The notes beneath the pieces were generated by a model. That model was not told the origin of the DNA. It saw only the letters and a program-made list of their open reading frames with translations, and did not search any database. A DNA stretch of 17,465 bases, counting the filler, from Coriobacteriales bacterium (GTDB lineage: Bacteria > Actinomycetota > Coriobacteriia > Coriobacteriales > UBA8131): the NCBI GenBank assembly GCA_031263105.1. It is 2 parts of 2 records of this genome, joined end to end, with 100 filler letters (N's around TTAATTAATTAA, not from the genome) between each part and the next. Parts side by side here need not be neighbours in the genome. Positions count along the whole stretch, not along the records: positions 9,550 to 17,465 come from JAISGJ010000248.1; 1 more part is not named here. One strand, given 5' to 3'. Shown here piece after piece: positions 16,799 through 17,465 of this stretch (its first letter is position 1; each line of letters starts with the position of its first letter). A program made the translations under genes and the position numbers.

Positions 16799-17464
16799 AT
16801 GGATAATCAAGATGAACTGGTAGAACAGACCGTGCAGTCCACCATGCTCCTTCCCCTTTATGGGCGCGCCAAGGGAAGCCGCATGTTTCCGGAGATTTTA
16901 AGTGACGACGAAGCGATTCGAATCGTGGGGGACATGGATTATGATTTTACGCAAATCGGCAAATCCTACGCCACGGAATATGGCAGCCTCTGCTGTCTGG
17001 TTCGGACAAAACGACTTGACGAGCGCTGCCTTGCCTACCTGCGAAAGCATCCGGACGGGACGATTGTCAACCTCGGTTCGGGGCTCGACACGACGCTTAG
17101 CCGCATAGACAACGGCTCTGTCCACTGGTATAACGTCGACTTGCCGGACTCCATCGCCTTCCGACACCGATTCATCCTTCCTGTAGAACGGTGCAGCGAC
17201 ATCGCCAAATCCATGTTTGACTATACTTGGCTCGACGAGGTCGCGTCTGTAGACGACAGCGTACTCATTCTCGCAAGCGGGCTGTTTTACTACTTTGAGG
17301 AAAAAGAACTGCGAGAAGCGGTCTGCCGTATCGCGGAGCACTTCTCAAGCGGTGAGCTGTTCTTCGATGCGCAGTCAAGGATGGCGGTCAGAATTTCAAA
17401 CCGCATGGTGCGCAAGACCGGCAACAAGGGTTCTGAGATGAAGTTTTGGGTAAGTGACCCTCAG
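16799..17464 (+). CDS. Class I SAM-dependent methyltransferase, LCM/TcmP family; runs off the window and is not in the ORF track
   Basis: MDNQDELVEQTVQSTMLLPLYGRA..DYDF..HPDGTIVNLGSGLDTT..WYNVDLPD..IAKSMFDYTW..ASGLFYYF..LFFD. AGGAGAGG RBS and no stop before the window end. Confidence 0.9.
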   Translation, partial: MDNQDELVEQTVQSTMLLPLYGRAKGSRMFPEILSDDEAIRIVGDMDYDFTQIGKSYATEYGSLCCLVRTKRLDERCLAYLRKHPDGTIVNLGSGLDTTLSRIDNGSVHWYNVDLPDSIAFRHRFILPVERCSDIAKSMFDYTWLDEVASVDDSVLILASGLFYYFEEKELREAVCRIAEHFSSGELFFDAQSRMAVRISNRMVRKTGNKGSEMKFWVSDPQ

Positions 17465-17465
17465 C

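Noticed and set aside
16898..17341. 147-aa minus-strand ORF
   Set aside because: It is antisense to the clear methyltransferase frame starting at 16799.

Overview
High-GC bacterial window, probably Coriobacteriia-like Actinomycetota (inferred from GC content, a class B sortase and gene style). It is split by an artificial 100-bp spacer (N44-TTAATTAATTAA-N44, 9450-9549), so the two halves may not be neighbours in the genome. The left part (minus strand) has a class B sortase, an uncalled 52-aa membrane protein, a heterodimeric ABC exporter pair, a 5'-truncated lower-GC DUF4143/AAA-ATPase remnant and putP. The right part has tig-clpP-clpX, tRNA-Gly(TCC), tRNA-Arg(TCT) with a nearby duplicate of its 3' end, a cupin-like gene, an MFS transporter and tRNA-Leu(TAG). 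After tRNA-Leu comes an apparent integrative-element arm and a TcmP/LCM-type methyltransferase running off the window. The most striking signal is non-coding: five copies of a ~130-bp REP/REPIN-like palindromic element, mostly in the larger intergenic gaps. The copies show covarying internal hairpins and tandem re-amplification of their own termini. One has an 8-9-bp flanking direct repeat, and one sits exactly at a gene truncation point. No cognate transposase is visible in the window.
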